From: Bilabrum cf. latius
Lineage: Eukaryota
Length of the DNA stretch: 64,000 nucleotides
NCBI GenBank assembly: GCA_965178125.1
Contig: OZ237756.1
Location: forward strand, 930,001-994,000
Direction of reading: 5' to 3'
Both the position numbers and the translations under genes were made by a program. The notes under the pieces were generated by a model that did no database searches, was not told where the DNA came from, and worked only from the letters and a program-made list of their open reading frames with translations. Of the stretch, positions 37,301 through 49,923 are shown piece by piece. Every line of letters starts with the position of its first letter. Positions within the stretch are counted from its first letter, which is position 1.

Positions 37301-40300
37301 TTACTAGCGCCCGCCGCGTTGTTGGATACCACGCTGCACCCCCCCCTGTTTCAGTTCTCGCATGGGAATTCTTAAAGACCCTGCTGCGCGGCTTTCCGCC
37401 GCGTTGGACTTGCTCTTGGATGAATGGCTTCCCTGGGCTGGCTCGAAGCGCAGAGTTCGCTTCCACGACTGTGGGGACTAGTTGGCTCCGCTGCTCCGAC
37501 CCTCTCGCAGACTGTCTAGCGTGCCTTCCCCGGCAGCGACAAGCATGGCACGAGTTCGTCCCTCCCTGCCTCCTGACGGGGAAAACATGCTGGCGAAGGC
37601 AGACAGTAGATTGCTTGCAAGCGATTGCTTAGACGCAGACCCCGCCCGCTGCACGGGTGTGTGGACAGCGCGATCATGACGAGGAGAGGCTCCAGCGTCA
37701 CGCGAAAGGCGAGACACTTTGCCTCGCAGTTGGGACGTTTGTCGTTTGACAGCAGTTCGGGACTAGAGCAGTGCTGGCGCTATCGGGATGGGGCTGGTGG
37801 TAGGAGCTATCTGCCGGCCCACATGTGCAGCCATCAGAGCAGAAGCAGAAACCGGCTCTGAGCTCGAAGGCCGTTCTGGTTCATCATGACTTGACTCCTG
37901 CCCGGCCTCTAGGTCCTGGAGCTCCTCATTGATCGTTGCAATGCGCTTGGGGCACCTTGACCCGAAAAAGAAGCGCCCAGCAGCGTGCCGCAGGCGGTTG
38001 CATGCGCCCATGTCGATCGCACACACCTGATAGCTTTGACCAACAGCCGCACCGCCCTTTGAAACTGACCAGGTCAGCACATCCTCAAACCATGCATGGC
38101 AAATTGGCATTGTCAGGCTACTATCGCTGTGGCCGGGGCCAAGTGGGTGCAGCCCCGCATACTTGCGAGGACTCGCGAATCCAGCTGCACCTGCTGATTG
38201 GAACCTTGTCCGGATGCCACTTGGACTAATTACAGCGCCGACGCCCTGAAGCTTTCTTGTCCTGGCCACAACCGAAGTTTTAGCAGGTGGAGATACTAGC
38301 TCCGATGGTGTCTGTAAGGCCTTCTTGGTAGAAGCAGGGGTACTGCTGCCCTCCGTGACCCTTGCACCAGAACTGCGCCTCACAACAGAGGACAAACGCG
38401 AGGGTTGGCCAGCTGGCAAGAGAGCAGATGGCCGTCGCCCAGTCGCCTTCGCCGAGGCGTTGGGAAGCTGCAGCGGCGGGAAAAGCTGGGGAGAATCCCT
38501 GGACATGGCTCGCATGTCGGCCGGTGTGATCGGTGAGGACGAGCCATGAGCTCGACCTGACCAGTGAGACCCATGTTCTGATGGATCGGCCGCACCTTTC
38601 GGGCTGCCTGTCCGTACGCCCTTCTCAGCGGCTGCTTCGCGCCGCAAGGCACTTATGATGGGAGACATGCCGGTCGGGCGCACTCCAGTAGTCACAGTGC
38701 GAACTGGGCTGAGCAACCCAGTCGTGCCGTCCTACAGTGCGCCGCCAGCAGCCCCAGCTATGCTGTCTACGACGGCATCTGCAGTTGTACGGCCCGCAGG
38801 GTCAGCTTGGATCTCAACGGCGCCAAACTGGCTAGAGCCTGCAGTGATTTGTACCTCATGCAGACTGCTGGCCAGTGAGAGGTCCGACTGTGGCGCCCTG
38901 CTCCGGCCGCGACCTCCCTGCTTGGAGGAGCCATGCGTGGCAGCCACCAGACCGCACCCCTCAGCCCATGCCCTCTGCGCCTACGGGGCGGGAAGCAGGC
39001 ACCTGGGGCCAATGGACAGCCTCAGCAACTACCGCCCGCTGCACAGCTGCTCGCCTGCCTGCTGGATCACGCCCACTGCTGCAGCGAAGGCTGGGCCCTG
39101 CAAGTCGACGGGGATCCCGCGCTGCGCCCAGCCAGTCACCGCAGCAGGGTCCTGCAAGCTGCACCGAGGCTCAGACTCTTTCATGGATGCCATGCTCGTC
39201 GATGGTAGCACGGGGCCGCGCGATCCAATCGCGTCCCGGACAGCCCTCAGGATGGCTGCCTCCCGGTGGCACAAGACGCCCACAGCCACCTGGAGCAGCA
39301 CGCGAATGCCCGCACCGCCGCACAGGTCGCTCTCGCGGGCAAGTGCCCCAGAGGTGCTGGCCGCCCCGGACATGCCCCAGGTACTTGCAGCAAGAATGCT
39401 GGCATCCCACACGCGCAGAGCCACGGGGGCTGGCATGGCACTCAGGAAGCCGCACAGCAGCCATCGAGGCAGCACCATGGCGAGGGGCAGCTGCACTGCG
39501 TCCAGGACTGCTTTCGCGGCGGGTATGGCCTGGCGACCCATGGCGCTGGTGGCGAACTCTGCCACGCGCAGAGCCGCCAGCCCGGGTGCATGCAGGCCGG
39601 GCCACACCCTGGTGGTCATGGCATGCACCAGCACCATTGCCCGGGGCTCGTCCCCTCCCGTCAGCAGCAGCATAGCGGCGGCCATGAAGTTGAAGGACTA
39701 GACGTACCCGACGGGTCGGTTCAGTGCAGCGAGACCAAGCAGCACCCGACGCAGCGCTGGTCGGTAGTCAGGCCAACTGCCACTGCCAGTGAGTGCATCC
39801 TCCTCCTTCCCACCCGGTTGCTCTATCCTAGGATCGTCGTTTTCTCTGGGACAGAAGCTCGGGTGCTCTCTAAAGGTGCGGGGCACATCCACCTCGATCT
39901 GATGCACCTCCCGAGGACTAAGCAAGAGCTCGCCAGGAGCCTGTGGGAGATCATCCACTTCCAGGTCAGCACGACTGAAGCTGCGAGAGATACTGCCGGG
40001 CGAGTCCTCAGACTTGGCAGCTGCCTCCCCCAGACTGACCAGAGCCTTATACCCAGCAACGCCCCCAATGGCATCAAGCACATCGCTTGCTCCCGTAAGT
40101 TTCATCCAAAGTGCAACGCGAACCGGCTGGGCCGTGCCTTGTTTGCAGTCAGGTACTAGGGGAATCTGGAATGTTGGGAAGCCGTGCTCTGCTACAAGCA
40201 GGGCAAGTTGTGCGGCGTCTAATGAGCTGAGAATTGAAGCGACTATTGTGTCTACTTGGCTAGTGGAGTGAACGGGGTCACTACTACCAGAAGTCTGCGC

Positions 40301-40420
40301 TATAGCAACCTTGCCAAGCACACGGGCCCACGCATACTCAGAATCTCGTTTCTCCTCCTCAAGTTTCGCCCACGCTTCCGCAGGGAGGCCTGAATACGCA
40401 AATCCCAATGAATCTCTCAT
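37301..40420 (-). CDS. TBC-domain Rab GTPase-activating protein
   Basis: QIEVDVPRTF (Arg finger), LRRVLL...VGYV*SFNF (Gln finger encoded by TAG 39698-39700), ALRVWDA. ORFs 39698, 39029, 38732, 37763 and 37478 are in one frame; ends TAA 37301. Confidence 0.8.
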
Positions 40421-40629
40421 GCTGCGCCACCACGCAAACTTGAATGCTCAGTGGCAACCATTTCAGCGGCAGCAACACCAACGGCTATCAAGCCGTGTGA
40501 CCAGTGGCGACGGTGAGGGTGACATGTGCTGCCATTTAGAGCTCACACAAGAAAACGAGGTGTACAATCCGAAAGTGTGTAATACATCAAATTGAAAGGG
40601 TCCGCTAGGATCGTTTTGGGCTCTCCGTG

Positions 40630-41358
40630 ATGGCAACATGGCAGGATTCGAAGGCAAACCTGGAAGAGTTGGTCGCTCTTCTGAAGGAAGACGATTCAGA
40701 GTAGAAAGCGATAGAGGACCTGACAACGGCAATATCAGATCTAGGGGCTACTTTCGAGACGGGATTTGGCGATGTTCGAACAGCCATACGAGGTAAGGTT
40801 TTGCAGATGCATTCGAGCAATTCCTTTTTTAGGGTAGCCGACCAAACATCAAAGTTTCTGCATCTATTCGTTGCCTTCATTATTATTGCAGCATTAGGTA
40901 GACGTGTTGAGTCTGCAGAGCATGCTGCATCCAACACTGGCGACCTTCGGCTCCTTGACTCTGCAATTCGAGACGAGCAACAACAGCGGGAGAAAGCACT
41001 GCATATACTAAAGGAGATCATGGATGCAAAAGATAGTGCCAAGGATAGAGCTGAATCTCTTCGATAGGCGGCCGCTAGTGCGCACGAGGCCAGCCGGCGC
41101 GCCATCGCGGCTCGTGAAGCTGCCCTTCCCCGCCTCAAGCACTCCATGTCGCTCTTTGCCGCTGCCTCCCACATCCGGTTTGACATCGATGCGCCTGGCG
41201 GGCATATCAAGGGTGTGGTGGCCCCTCCCTCGGGAAGCGAAGGCGCGGGCCCGCTGGCCTTCGATCTGCAGCCCAGCAGCGAGGGACTCTCTGAAGTGGA
41301 TGTGGCGGACCGGCTGTGGGACCTGGTGGGAGCGGCCACTGGTGTGGGCGCCCAGTGA
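40630..41358 (+). CDS. SPC24: Spc24-like kinetochore (Ndc80 complex) protein; one intron at about 40793-40890
   Basis: Coiled-coil N-terminus then SLFAAASHIRFD...IKGVV...LAFDL...SEVDVADRLWDLV, resembling the Spc24 RWD tail; two in-frame TAGs; TGA stop. Confidence 0.6.
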
Positions 41359-41510
41359 TCGGGGTGCGATCTGTCTCCAAGCGTTCCCCTGCACCATGCA
41401 TCTGGAGCGGGGCCATCCCTGCCAGTGGGGGAAATGGAGGGCTGGTGGGTATCGCACTAGGCCTGCACGACTGAGGCTGCTTGAGCTGCTTTGCAATGAA
41501 CTGGAATGAA

Positions 41511-42197
41511 TTACAGCCGTACTTTTCGCACAAACATGGAGTACATCGTGTACAGCTGCCACGCCCCCAACCCAATCGTCACGAGAAGTTCAGCGATGCA
41601 GAACCACATGACGCGCTCGTTCGTGCTCTCGGCCGTATTGCGAGACTGCCTCTCCCGCGACCAAAAGTAGCGCTGCTCGTCCTGTATGGCTGACAGCGAC
41701 TCTTGCAGTTTCACAATCTCCTACTCGAGCGGAGTAATGTGCTCATGTGTCGCAATGTCCTGATACAGCTGGTCGCCGACATGGATCGTAAAAGCTAGCT
41801 GTTTCACCTGTTGCGAGGAAATTCTGTTCTCGAAGCATAGTTTGTACAATCCGTCTCCGGTTGCTGTCGATTGAAAGTGCCCCATAGATTTCTTGTCTTG
41901 CTGGACAACTCGCTGACCAGAGGGATCAAACAGCTGCAACCAAGAGGGGAAGAACCACCAATCATGCGTCACGGATTTCCTAACAGCAGGCCAACGGTTG
42001 TAAACAAATCAACTTTTTCTCACCGTCACATCGATATCATGCAGTCCGCCGGAAATAACATCGTAGCTTGCAGCAACCTTATTGTGTGCTTGCACGGGCT
42101 GCAGCACGCACTGTGATCCAGTCGCAGGCACTTCCATCTATATTCCTACGCATTTTCGTACCAATATCAAAATGAGGGACAGTCCTACTATACGCAT
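41511..42197 (-). CDS. p24/emp24 GOLD-domain cargo receptor (TMED2-like); one intron at about 41933-42023
   Basis: Signal peptide MRIVGLSLILILV, GGLHDIDVT, GLYKLCFENRIS, EQRYFWSRERQSRNTAESTNERVMWF, TM segment, tail FVRKVRL; two in-frame TAGs; ends TAA. Confidence 0.9.
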
Positions 42198-42344
42198 TAT
42201 TTTCTAGTGCCAGCCGAAACGAAAACACAAATTGGCGGAGAGTTGTGACGAGTTGCATAAAGTAACGCGTACTTTGAAAGAATACATCGCGATGGCCCGA
42301 TTCGCGGCGGCTGGATCCCGCTGGCGTCTCCACCTTCTCGTGCG

Positions 42345-43349
42345 ATGGAATACATAGGCTTTGGTTCCTCGCAGAATCCCATTGAAGCTACTCGGAGGAG
42401 GCGCCAAATCTACCTACTTGTCTCCGCATTCAGCTTGGCTCTGATCATTGGGTCTGTGGCAGGTGACAGATGGGTTGCGGGCATCAAGGAAAGGTCTGAC
42501 ATCCAAGCAGAGGATTTGGCAAAGGACTGCCCGGCCTGCTTGTCTGACTATCAGGCTATGGAGGGAACGGAGGAAACGCCACCTTTGACCTTTACTGATC
42601 ACAATGAGTTCAGCTTCGGGCTCTGGGAATACCGCCAACACCGCCTCGTTCGCTATGATGTGTAGGGACAGAGCTTTGAGTTTGAGAGCACATGTTTCAT
42701 CAAAGTTGAGAACATGGAGCGGCTCTGGAACCGGCAGGCGCAGTACTCAGACGATCCTGATGTCCAAAACGCTCCAACCATGAACGCAGAAGACTTTGAG
42801 GACCCCGCTGGCCTCATGGTTGCTACCCTGGCCTTCCAGCTCATCCTGTTTGTCTGGGCTATCCTTCTCGCAATGGGATTTTAGCTGTTCTGCTGCAGCG
42901 GCAGCACCCCCCAGTACGTGGGAGCCTCCCTGCAGGCCCTCACGTGGATCCTGCTCGTTTCGGCAATGGCGAAGTTTAGCAGCGCCAAGGTCGCCTAGAT
43001 CGTGTGCGGCCTCGTAGACCCCGACCAGGCAGTCAAGTGCGGTTACGGTGCCGGGTTCAAGTGCGCCGGGGTGGCCATCATGTTCATGCTGTTCGCCTGC
43101 GTGCTCTCCTTCTGGGCCTTCTCGGACGTGGACTCGGAGGTGAACAGGGCGGCTACCGGAGGGCTGGCCGATGCGGCTGCCGTTGCGGTGGGCGTGGGGG
43201 CAGGAGCGGGGTCATCGGACCCTGCCGCTGCCTACAAGCCCAACCCGTCCGCCTTCAGCGATGACGCAGCAAAGGAGCCGCCGCAGGACGGGGCAGCGAG
43301 CGCTCCCGCGGATAGCGCGGGCGGGGTCGGGTCTTACCAGTCGCTGTGA
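42345..43349 (+). CDS. claudin/PMP22-like tetraspan membrane protein
   Basis: TM1 followed by FGLWEY motif, three more hydrophobic helices and CGYGAGF before TM4; frame interrupted only by TAGs (42663, 42741, 42882, 42996); TGA stop. Confidence 0.6.
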
Positions 43350-43673
43350 TTGCGACTGCCCACAGATGATGGGATTGGTATTTCATTCGACGGCTCTTCG
43401 GTGGGCTCTCGCGCGGGTCTGCTGGGCCAAAGTTGTCCGAATACCCGGTGCGAGGCCGTCAACTGCAGACTACTCGATCTACGCCAAGATTGAGGGTAGC
43501 GTTGTTTGACAGGGTCCAGATTGCTTATGCATGCTTGTTCAGCTATAGTGTATCGCATCCTCCGTATTTACATGCAACATTTCAAAACCGTCAGGTGGGC
43601 CCCTGGTGATGCGGCGCCGCACGACCAAGTCTCAGGTGGCATAGCGGAAGAGTGCACCGCGCCTCTGATCTGA

Positions 43674-46600
43674 TCAGCCCTCTGGCTGCTTGGGAGGGCG
43701 CGGGGCTGTCCTTCCCTTCTTGCTGGGGGGTCCGGGCCGCTTGCTGGCCCCGCTGGCAGGCCGGGACACACCCCTGCCACCGGGCGCACCCGACGCTGCC
43801 CGGGGCCTCACCTTGGTGCCTGGCTTGGGCACCTTTGGGCTCGCCTTGGATGCCGGAGGCGCGGAGCCCGACGAACCTTGGGCATGGGTATGGGCGTGGG
43901 CTGCATCTGCGCCAGCCGACACGCTCGCCCTAGTGCCGGGCTTGGGCTTGGGAATGGCCTTGTGGCCTTCGGCGGGGCCCGACTGGCTGCTGCCCGCTGC
44001 TACTGCCGGGGCCGATGGAAGCAGCGCTCCGGGCCAGTGCCTCACGCTTGCTCCGATCAAACCCGCTCGATCGGCCTCCCCTTCGTCGGCCCCTGCTTCT
44101 GTCTTGCCAGACCGCCGCGCCCCGGCTCCACCCCCGATTCCCCCCTCCTAACCGGTCTGATACTGCCTCAGGGGATTCTGCTTCACCCGCAGCTGCGCCC
44201 CCTCCCCGCCCAGAGAGAAGCTGCTGCCGGGCACCTGGCTGCCAACCAGCGATACGCTGGCTCCTTGCGACCCCCTTGCAAGCTGCACCGGGTTCATAGA
44301 TCGGCGCGCGCCCCTCCGTCCCCGACTCAGGGCCCGCCCCCTGCTTAGGCCACCGGACCCCGACCCCGCCATGCGACTCGCTTTGCCACCGGAGACCCGC
44401 ACTCCCAGCGAGGAGGGCCCGGCCTGCACTCCGCCTCGCCTCGCGGCCGCAATCGCTGCCCGCAGCAGCCTGCCTAGCCTCGTGTACGCCTCTGAACCCA
44501 GCAGCACCCGACAAGGGGCCTCCCGCAGCGTGGCTGGGTCAGCCCGCGGGGCAGAGGCGGCGCTCTCCAGTGCGCTTAGCGGGTTCCCCTCCTCCTCCTC
44601 CTCTTCCTCTTCCTCCTCGCCGCCTGCTTCGCCCCTTGCAGCAGCCGCCAGCACCGCCTCCAGCACTGGCACCGCCGCCTCCACTGGGTCTTCACTGGAG
44701 CCATGGACCACTTGTGCAGCCCCCTTCTTTCCATGCGGCTGCTTGCGCTGCACCAGGGTGGGGAGCAGCAGCGGGAAGTAGAACGTACCTCCTTCCTGCT
44801 CCTCCTCATCCAGCACTTCCACCCACACACCGATTCCCGCCCTTGCCTGAGCCGCGTGGGAGACAGGCGGACCACCTGCGGCCTCCAGCAGTGCGCCCGT
44901 TTGTGCTCTCTGCGCCACCAGCGGGTCCTCGATGTGCTAGGCCTGCGACGAGTCCGATGCCGGGCTGGACGAAGCTGCAGCACCTCCACTGGCACCGGAC
45001 ATCTGAGAGAACAATGACCCGAAGTAGCTGTGCACGCGAGACCGCCGCGTCGGCCCCGTGCTGGAGCCGGTCTGTGGTTCACTCCCCTGTGCCCCCGGGC
45101 CAGCATCGGCTCCATCACCGCGCATCAGCTCCCCCTGCTCCAGCGCAGCCAAGTCCACGTCGTTGAGAAGAAGGGCCTCCTCGTCTTCTCCCTCCTCGTC
45201 TGCCTTGGTCTCCTGCTCCTGACCCCTGTCCAAGCCCTTGCCCTTGCACAGGCCCTTGCCTGCGACTTCCACCATCTCCACCGCTCCCGCTGCCCCCGCC
45301 CTCCCCACGCCCTCCTTCGAGTCGGCACCCAGGCCCCCATGCTTGCCCACGCCCCCGGCGCGCTTCCCTGGCGGGCCCTTCCCCGGGGGGTGCTTGCCCA
45401 CAGCACCCGTGCCCTCCAACTGCTCCCGCTTCTGCCTGAGCATGCGCTTCTTCGCGGCGCCTCGCTTGCTTGGGGGCAGCGCCTTGATCTTGGCTTGCTC
45501 GGCCGGAGTCAGAGATACCTCCACGGGGTGCCCTGCCTCGGCTAGGGCCCGGCGCTTGGCCTGCAGCAGCTTCTTCTTGGCCGCCCCTCGCTTGCTGGGG
45601 GGCAGCTTGGCGAGCCTTGCTCTCTCCTCAGGGGTCAGCTGCAGGGGGTCGGCGGTCTACACCTCCTTGCTTTCGCCCGTCCTGCTGCCTGCTCTCTATC
45701 GCCCCCCCGCTCCCGCACCGCCCCCGCCCTGCTCGCCATCGGCCCCCTTTGCCTCCCCCTGCCTCGCCATCACCGCGCACAGGATCGCGATCGAGACTAG
45801 CTCGAACACCTTCTCCAGCACCTTGAGCCAAAACCACAGCCAAGGGTCGTCCTCGCTCGCGTCCTAGAATGCGGTCTGCCGCAGACCAAACACGAGCGCA
45901 AGCAGCAGCAGCACCACCATTTCCCCGATCAGCAGCTGCGTCATGCGCCACGCCTGCTGCGCTCTTCGACCCGCCTGTGCACCTCCCCCACCGATGCTCT
46001 GGATCTTGCAGATTAGCTGACCGCCATAAATGGCGGCGACAATCATGACACCTAGGTAAATCAGGAACGATACCACGCTTGTCACTGTTGCTGGCCAGGA
46101 GGGCTCGCGGATTGCTAGCTCAAAAATAGCATTGAGAGTTCGAACGCTGGAATACACGCCTAAAACGGCGTACAGGACTGGCTTGTATGCATCAATGTTG
46201 CTCCTTTGCGAGATGCTGCTCTAGAGCTCGACCCAGAACAGCACGATGAGCAGGAATGACATCAAGAAGCAGACGTCCTTGATGCACCTCAAGATCTCTT
46301 CGCCGATGCAGCCATTGTATAAGGCCGTGAGGTCAATAAATGACAACGCTCGCACTACAGCTCCTAAGGTAATTGTAGCTAATACCACTGCCCGGTTATT
46401 GTCGCATATATTCACCCGACGGCCTGGAGCTTTGGCTTGCATCTGCCCGTATATCAGGTATGTCCCGTACATGGACCAGACAGCCACAGCTGCGTACCCC
46501 AACCAGAATACTACTTGATACCAAATGTACCCGGGCGATTCTTCGACTTGCCGCTTCGCATTGTCAACCTCACACGCTCCGACGAACTCGGGACCAATCT

Positions 46601-46919
46601 CAGTCTAGTTCGGGCTTGAAGAGTTCGATCCATCTTGCAAGCGCCTTGACAGATTTATCGGGATATATGTGTACGCTTTCATGCGCTTCAACCCGGCCGC
46701 CTCCCATGCAATCGAGAAGATGCTGGAAATCGATTGGGTCCCAAGCGTTCCTTTCGCTTGGCGGCCACGTGCCATTCTAAGCTCGCCTGCGATGTCCCTA
46801 TGCGGACCCCGAAGATGATCTGGAATACTAAAACGGTTCGTGTCCGCACCATGCGAGGCGGCAAACCCTGGCAGCCCGACCACTATCACACTGAACACCA
46901 TAAGAAGAGTCTGCAGCAT
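43674..46919 (-). CDS. signal-peptide, 7TM-like (THH1/TOM1/GPCR-like) membrane protein with long cytosolic tail
   Basis: ORFs 46605, 46221, 45864, 44937, 44148 and 43674 share a frame linked by TAG; multiple TM helices (e.g. FLLIVLFWVEL); duplicated LTP.E.A....LPPSKRGAAKK motif in the tail; TGA stop. Confidence 0.6.
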
Positions 46920-47180
46920 GACTGCAAACCCCAGGCTCAGTCCGAAGCAGCTTCTCTTGATGCACGAACCGTAAAACAAGTGAACGAAGCCGGGGGCTGA
47001 GAAGCACTCGAAGGCGAAGTTCTGGCACAAGGCGCTGTATGCCTGAAACGAGATCGCCGCGGCGCTGGCACAAACAGATTTGGTCGCAACGTGATGGAGA
47101 TGCTGGATTGTTGTATTTAAGTTGCCAAGACAGAGCGAATGGTTTAATTAAAGCATCTACATTGCTTTGCATGTACTTGA

Positions 47181-47537
47181 TCATTTCTTAAACAACTTCC
47201 AAACTCCACCGTAGCGATAGTACGGAAACCTTGATTTATCTCCGTCAACCACTCCTCCAGATACCCTTGGCCAGCACTTTGTGCACACAAACTTCCAATC
47301 TCTTGATGCGTCTATTTGGCACCTAATGAGGTGCGGGTGCTTTCCTCCGCACAAGTGGCACGGCTTCATCATGTCTTCCGGTGTTCTGCTTCGCTTGGCT
47401 CGTGCTTCCTATTTTGCCGCTTTCTTACGCCGCTTCCGCTCAAGTTTCTTGGAGATTTTGGAAGAGTCGGTGCTACAGGTTCTGCTAGGTGCGCGGTCCA
47501 CATGCTCGGAAACCCAAGCACTGGAAGACGATGCCAT
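47181..47537 (-). CDS. small conserved hypothetical Cys-rich protein (CxxC...RC...W..VCxxCW...YRYGG.WK)
   Basis: ORFs 47409-47657 and 47181-47372 are in frame through TAG 47409; TGA stop. Confidence 0.65.
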
Positions 47538-47777
47538 AGAGCTACAACTGGGATGCAAAAAACGACGGAGCAGATTGGCTGATAACCACTTGTTATTCAT
47601 TCCATGGCCACTAGCCCAAATCAAGTCCTTGTTGTTAGGTAGCAGCAGCCACGTCATCGAAAATCAACGAGCCTGAACGAACTTCAGTTGAACTTTCTCT
47701 CCCCGCGGCGGCGCCCCCAACGGATCCATCGGTGCGCGCAAAGCACTCCTTTCCAATTTACTGAATAGGCTAAAATC

Positions 47778-49052
47778 ATGGCTGCTGCAGGAGGCATGGT
47801 AGCTGACCCTACCTTACAGAGTAGGGTAGATGCCTTAGAGGCCAGGATTCGATCCAAAATGGAAACGGAGACCGGATTCGGCACCGCGGCCGACCAGGCA
47901 TCGCATCTGAACAAGGTATTTAGGTTCTTTAACACTGACAAGGTAAGACAGTTGATACTCTTGATATGCACTCCTTTGCATTTTTCTCTCTCACTACGAA
48001 TGGCTGAAGCTATGGACTCAAGCTTTGTGTAGATCGCGGTAGTCCTTTTCTTCTTGTGTGCTTTTGCTTGCGCTGATGGGACCGCATTGACCTCTATGCT
48101 TCGAGTTCGAGCACCGCAGGATGGTTTTCTCAGCTTTGAAGAGTTTAGTGCGGCCATGGTGCGCTTGAATTTTGTGGGTGTGCAGAAAGAGCTCAGGACT
48201 TTGTTCGACCGATACGACAGCGACGGCAGTGGATTCCTTGCGTACGAAGAGTTCAGTGCGGGTCTCCTCGGCCTAATTCCCAATCCCAAGGGAGATCCTG
48301 TGGTCCGATCAGCGATCGACCGCATCCGGCACAAGATGGCCGAGCGCGGCTCTCTGAACTGCATCCGCAAGATGGGGCGGGCCTTCCGCATCATGGACGA
48401 CTCGAGGGACGGCCGGCTGGACGAGGAGGAGCTTAAGACGGGCCTGAGGGACTTTGGGGTGGACCTTCCAGACAAGGACATCCACGTGGTGATCAAGACC
48501 TTCGATCGGTCCGGGGACGGTCGGGTGAACTACGACGAGCTGCTGCGAGGACTGAGGGGCAACCTGAGCGCACGCCGGCGGGCCATGATCTAGCTGGCCT
48601 TTGACGTGCTGGACAGGGATGGCAGCGGGCAAGTCACGATCGAGGACATCCTGAGCGTGTATGATGCCTCGCATCACCCCGACGTGATGGACGGCAAGTG
48701 CACGGAGAAAGAGGCCCTGGGGGAGTTCCTGGACCAGTTCGACACGCTGGAGAAGGACGGCATCGTGACCAGGGAGGAGTTCCTGGACTACTACCGGGAT
48801 GTGAGCGCGAGCATCGACTCGGACGACTACTTCGAGCTGATGATCCGGAATGCCTGGAACATCTCGGGGGGAGAGGGGGCCATGGAGAACACGTCCAACC
48901 TGAGGGTGCTGGTGGTGCATGGGGACGACTCGCAGGACGTGGTGGAGGTCAAGGACTCGTTCGGGCTGGACCGCAGCGACGTGTCGGCGATTCGCAAGAA
49001 GCTGGAGGAGCAGGGTGTGGCAGACATCAAGGAGATCAAGCTGACTGCGTGA
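47778..49052 (+). CDS. calcyphosin-like EF-hand protein (intron about 47943-48119)
   Basis: Multiple EF-hands; GRAFRIMDD, LDRDGSGQVTIEDI...YDASHHPDV, EEFLDYYRDVSASIDSDDYFELMIRNAW (calcyphosin signature); TAG 48591 read through; TGA stop. Confidence 0.9.
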
Positions 49053-49923
49053 GGGCTTGCATGCACTCTGTGGTTGGTTAGCTGCGGGTGCACGTGCCTT
49101 GCTGCGCGTGTATGGACTATATGGACTCGGTGTGATTGCTCCACACGTGTCATACATCATGATAGACGACTTCGGTCATTCATACTCGTGCCCCTCGTCA
49201 CGGACCAGCAGCGCCCACGTCGGCCAGCTCCTGCTCGCCCGGGACACATGCTATATTTGTCCAACAGTGCGGTCAGGGTGGTGCTGCCACGAGCTTGCCG
49301 CCTCTATCCGGCGTCTTGTCGCTCGAGATGCCTCCAACCAGTCATCGCCTGTCCCATCCTAGCCGACACTTCGCCCCCGCTTCACGCCGAGCTGCCACTC
49401 AGGGGGTATCGCTCCGGCAGTCTCGCCGCACCTAACTCTTGCTATCTTGGACCAAGACTGCGTCCCGGCACCCGATTTGTATGTATCCGTGCATACTCTT
49501 GGCAAAGATATGGCACGAACCCCGCTAAGCGCTTCCATCTGTCGAACGACGGAAATTCCAACAGTTGCAGCAGCTGGAGGTACCATATCGGGACTAACAA
49601 ATGACAAAATTGTGTTTGTACTAGCTACATGAGCTGCGCGCCCATTGCTCTTGTCAATAGCCGAGGCAGAGCTTGCTGCAGAGCTGCCCTGGTCCGTTAC
49701 ACTGTTGCTCTCCGGCTTACCCTTCGTTGTATCAGCTTCGCTGGCACTTTGAACACCCTATCGACGGCGAGTCTACCGGGGCATTCGCCCAGTTCATGCA
49801 GAATCTAGTCAAGGACGGACGGATGGTTGCTTCGTCCGGCGGCGGAAGATTCCGAATCGGCCAGATTTGCCGGTCCATGTCCAGGAACAGTACTCGCCCG
49901 GCCGGAATTCCTCAAGGTTTTCC

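Noticed and set aside
49180-49800. Possible small minus-strand gene between calcyphosin and VPS37-like genes
   Set aside because: A frame can be extended through TAGs but has no clear start or motif
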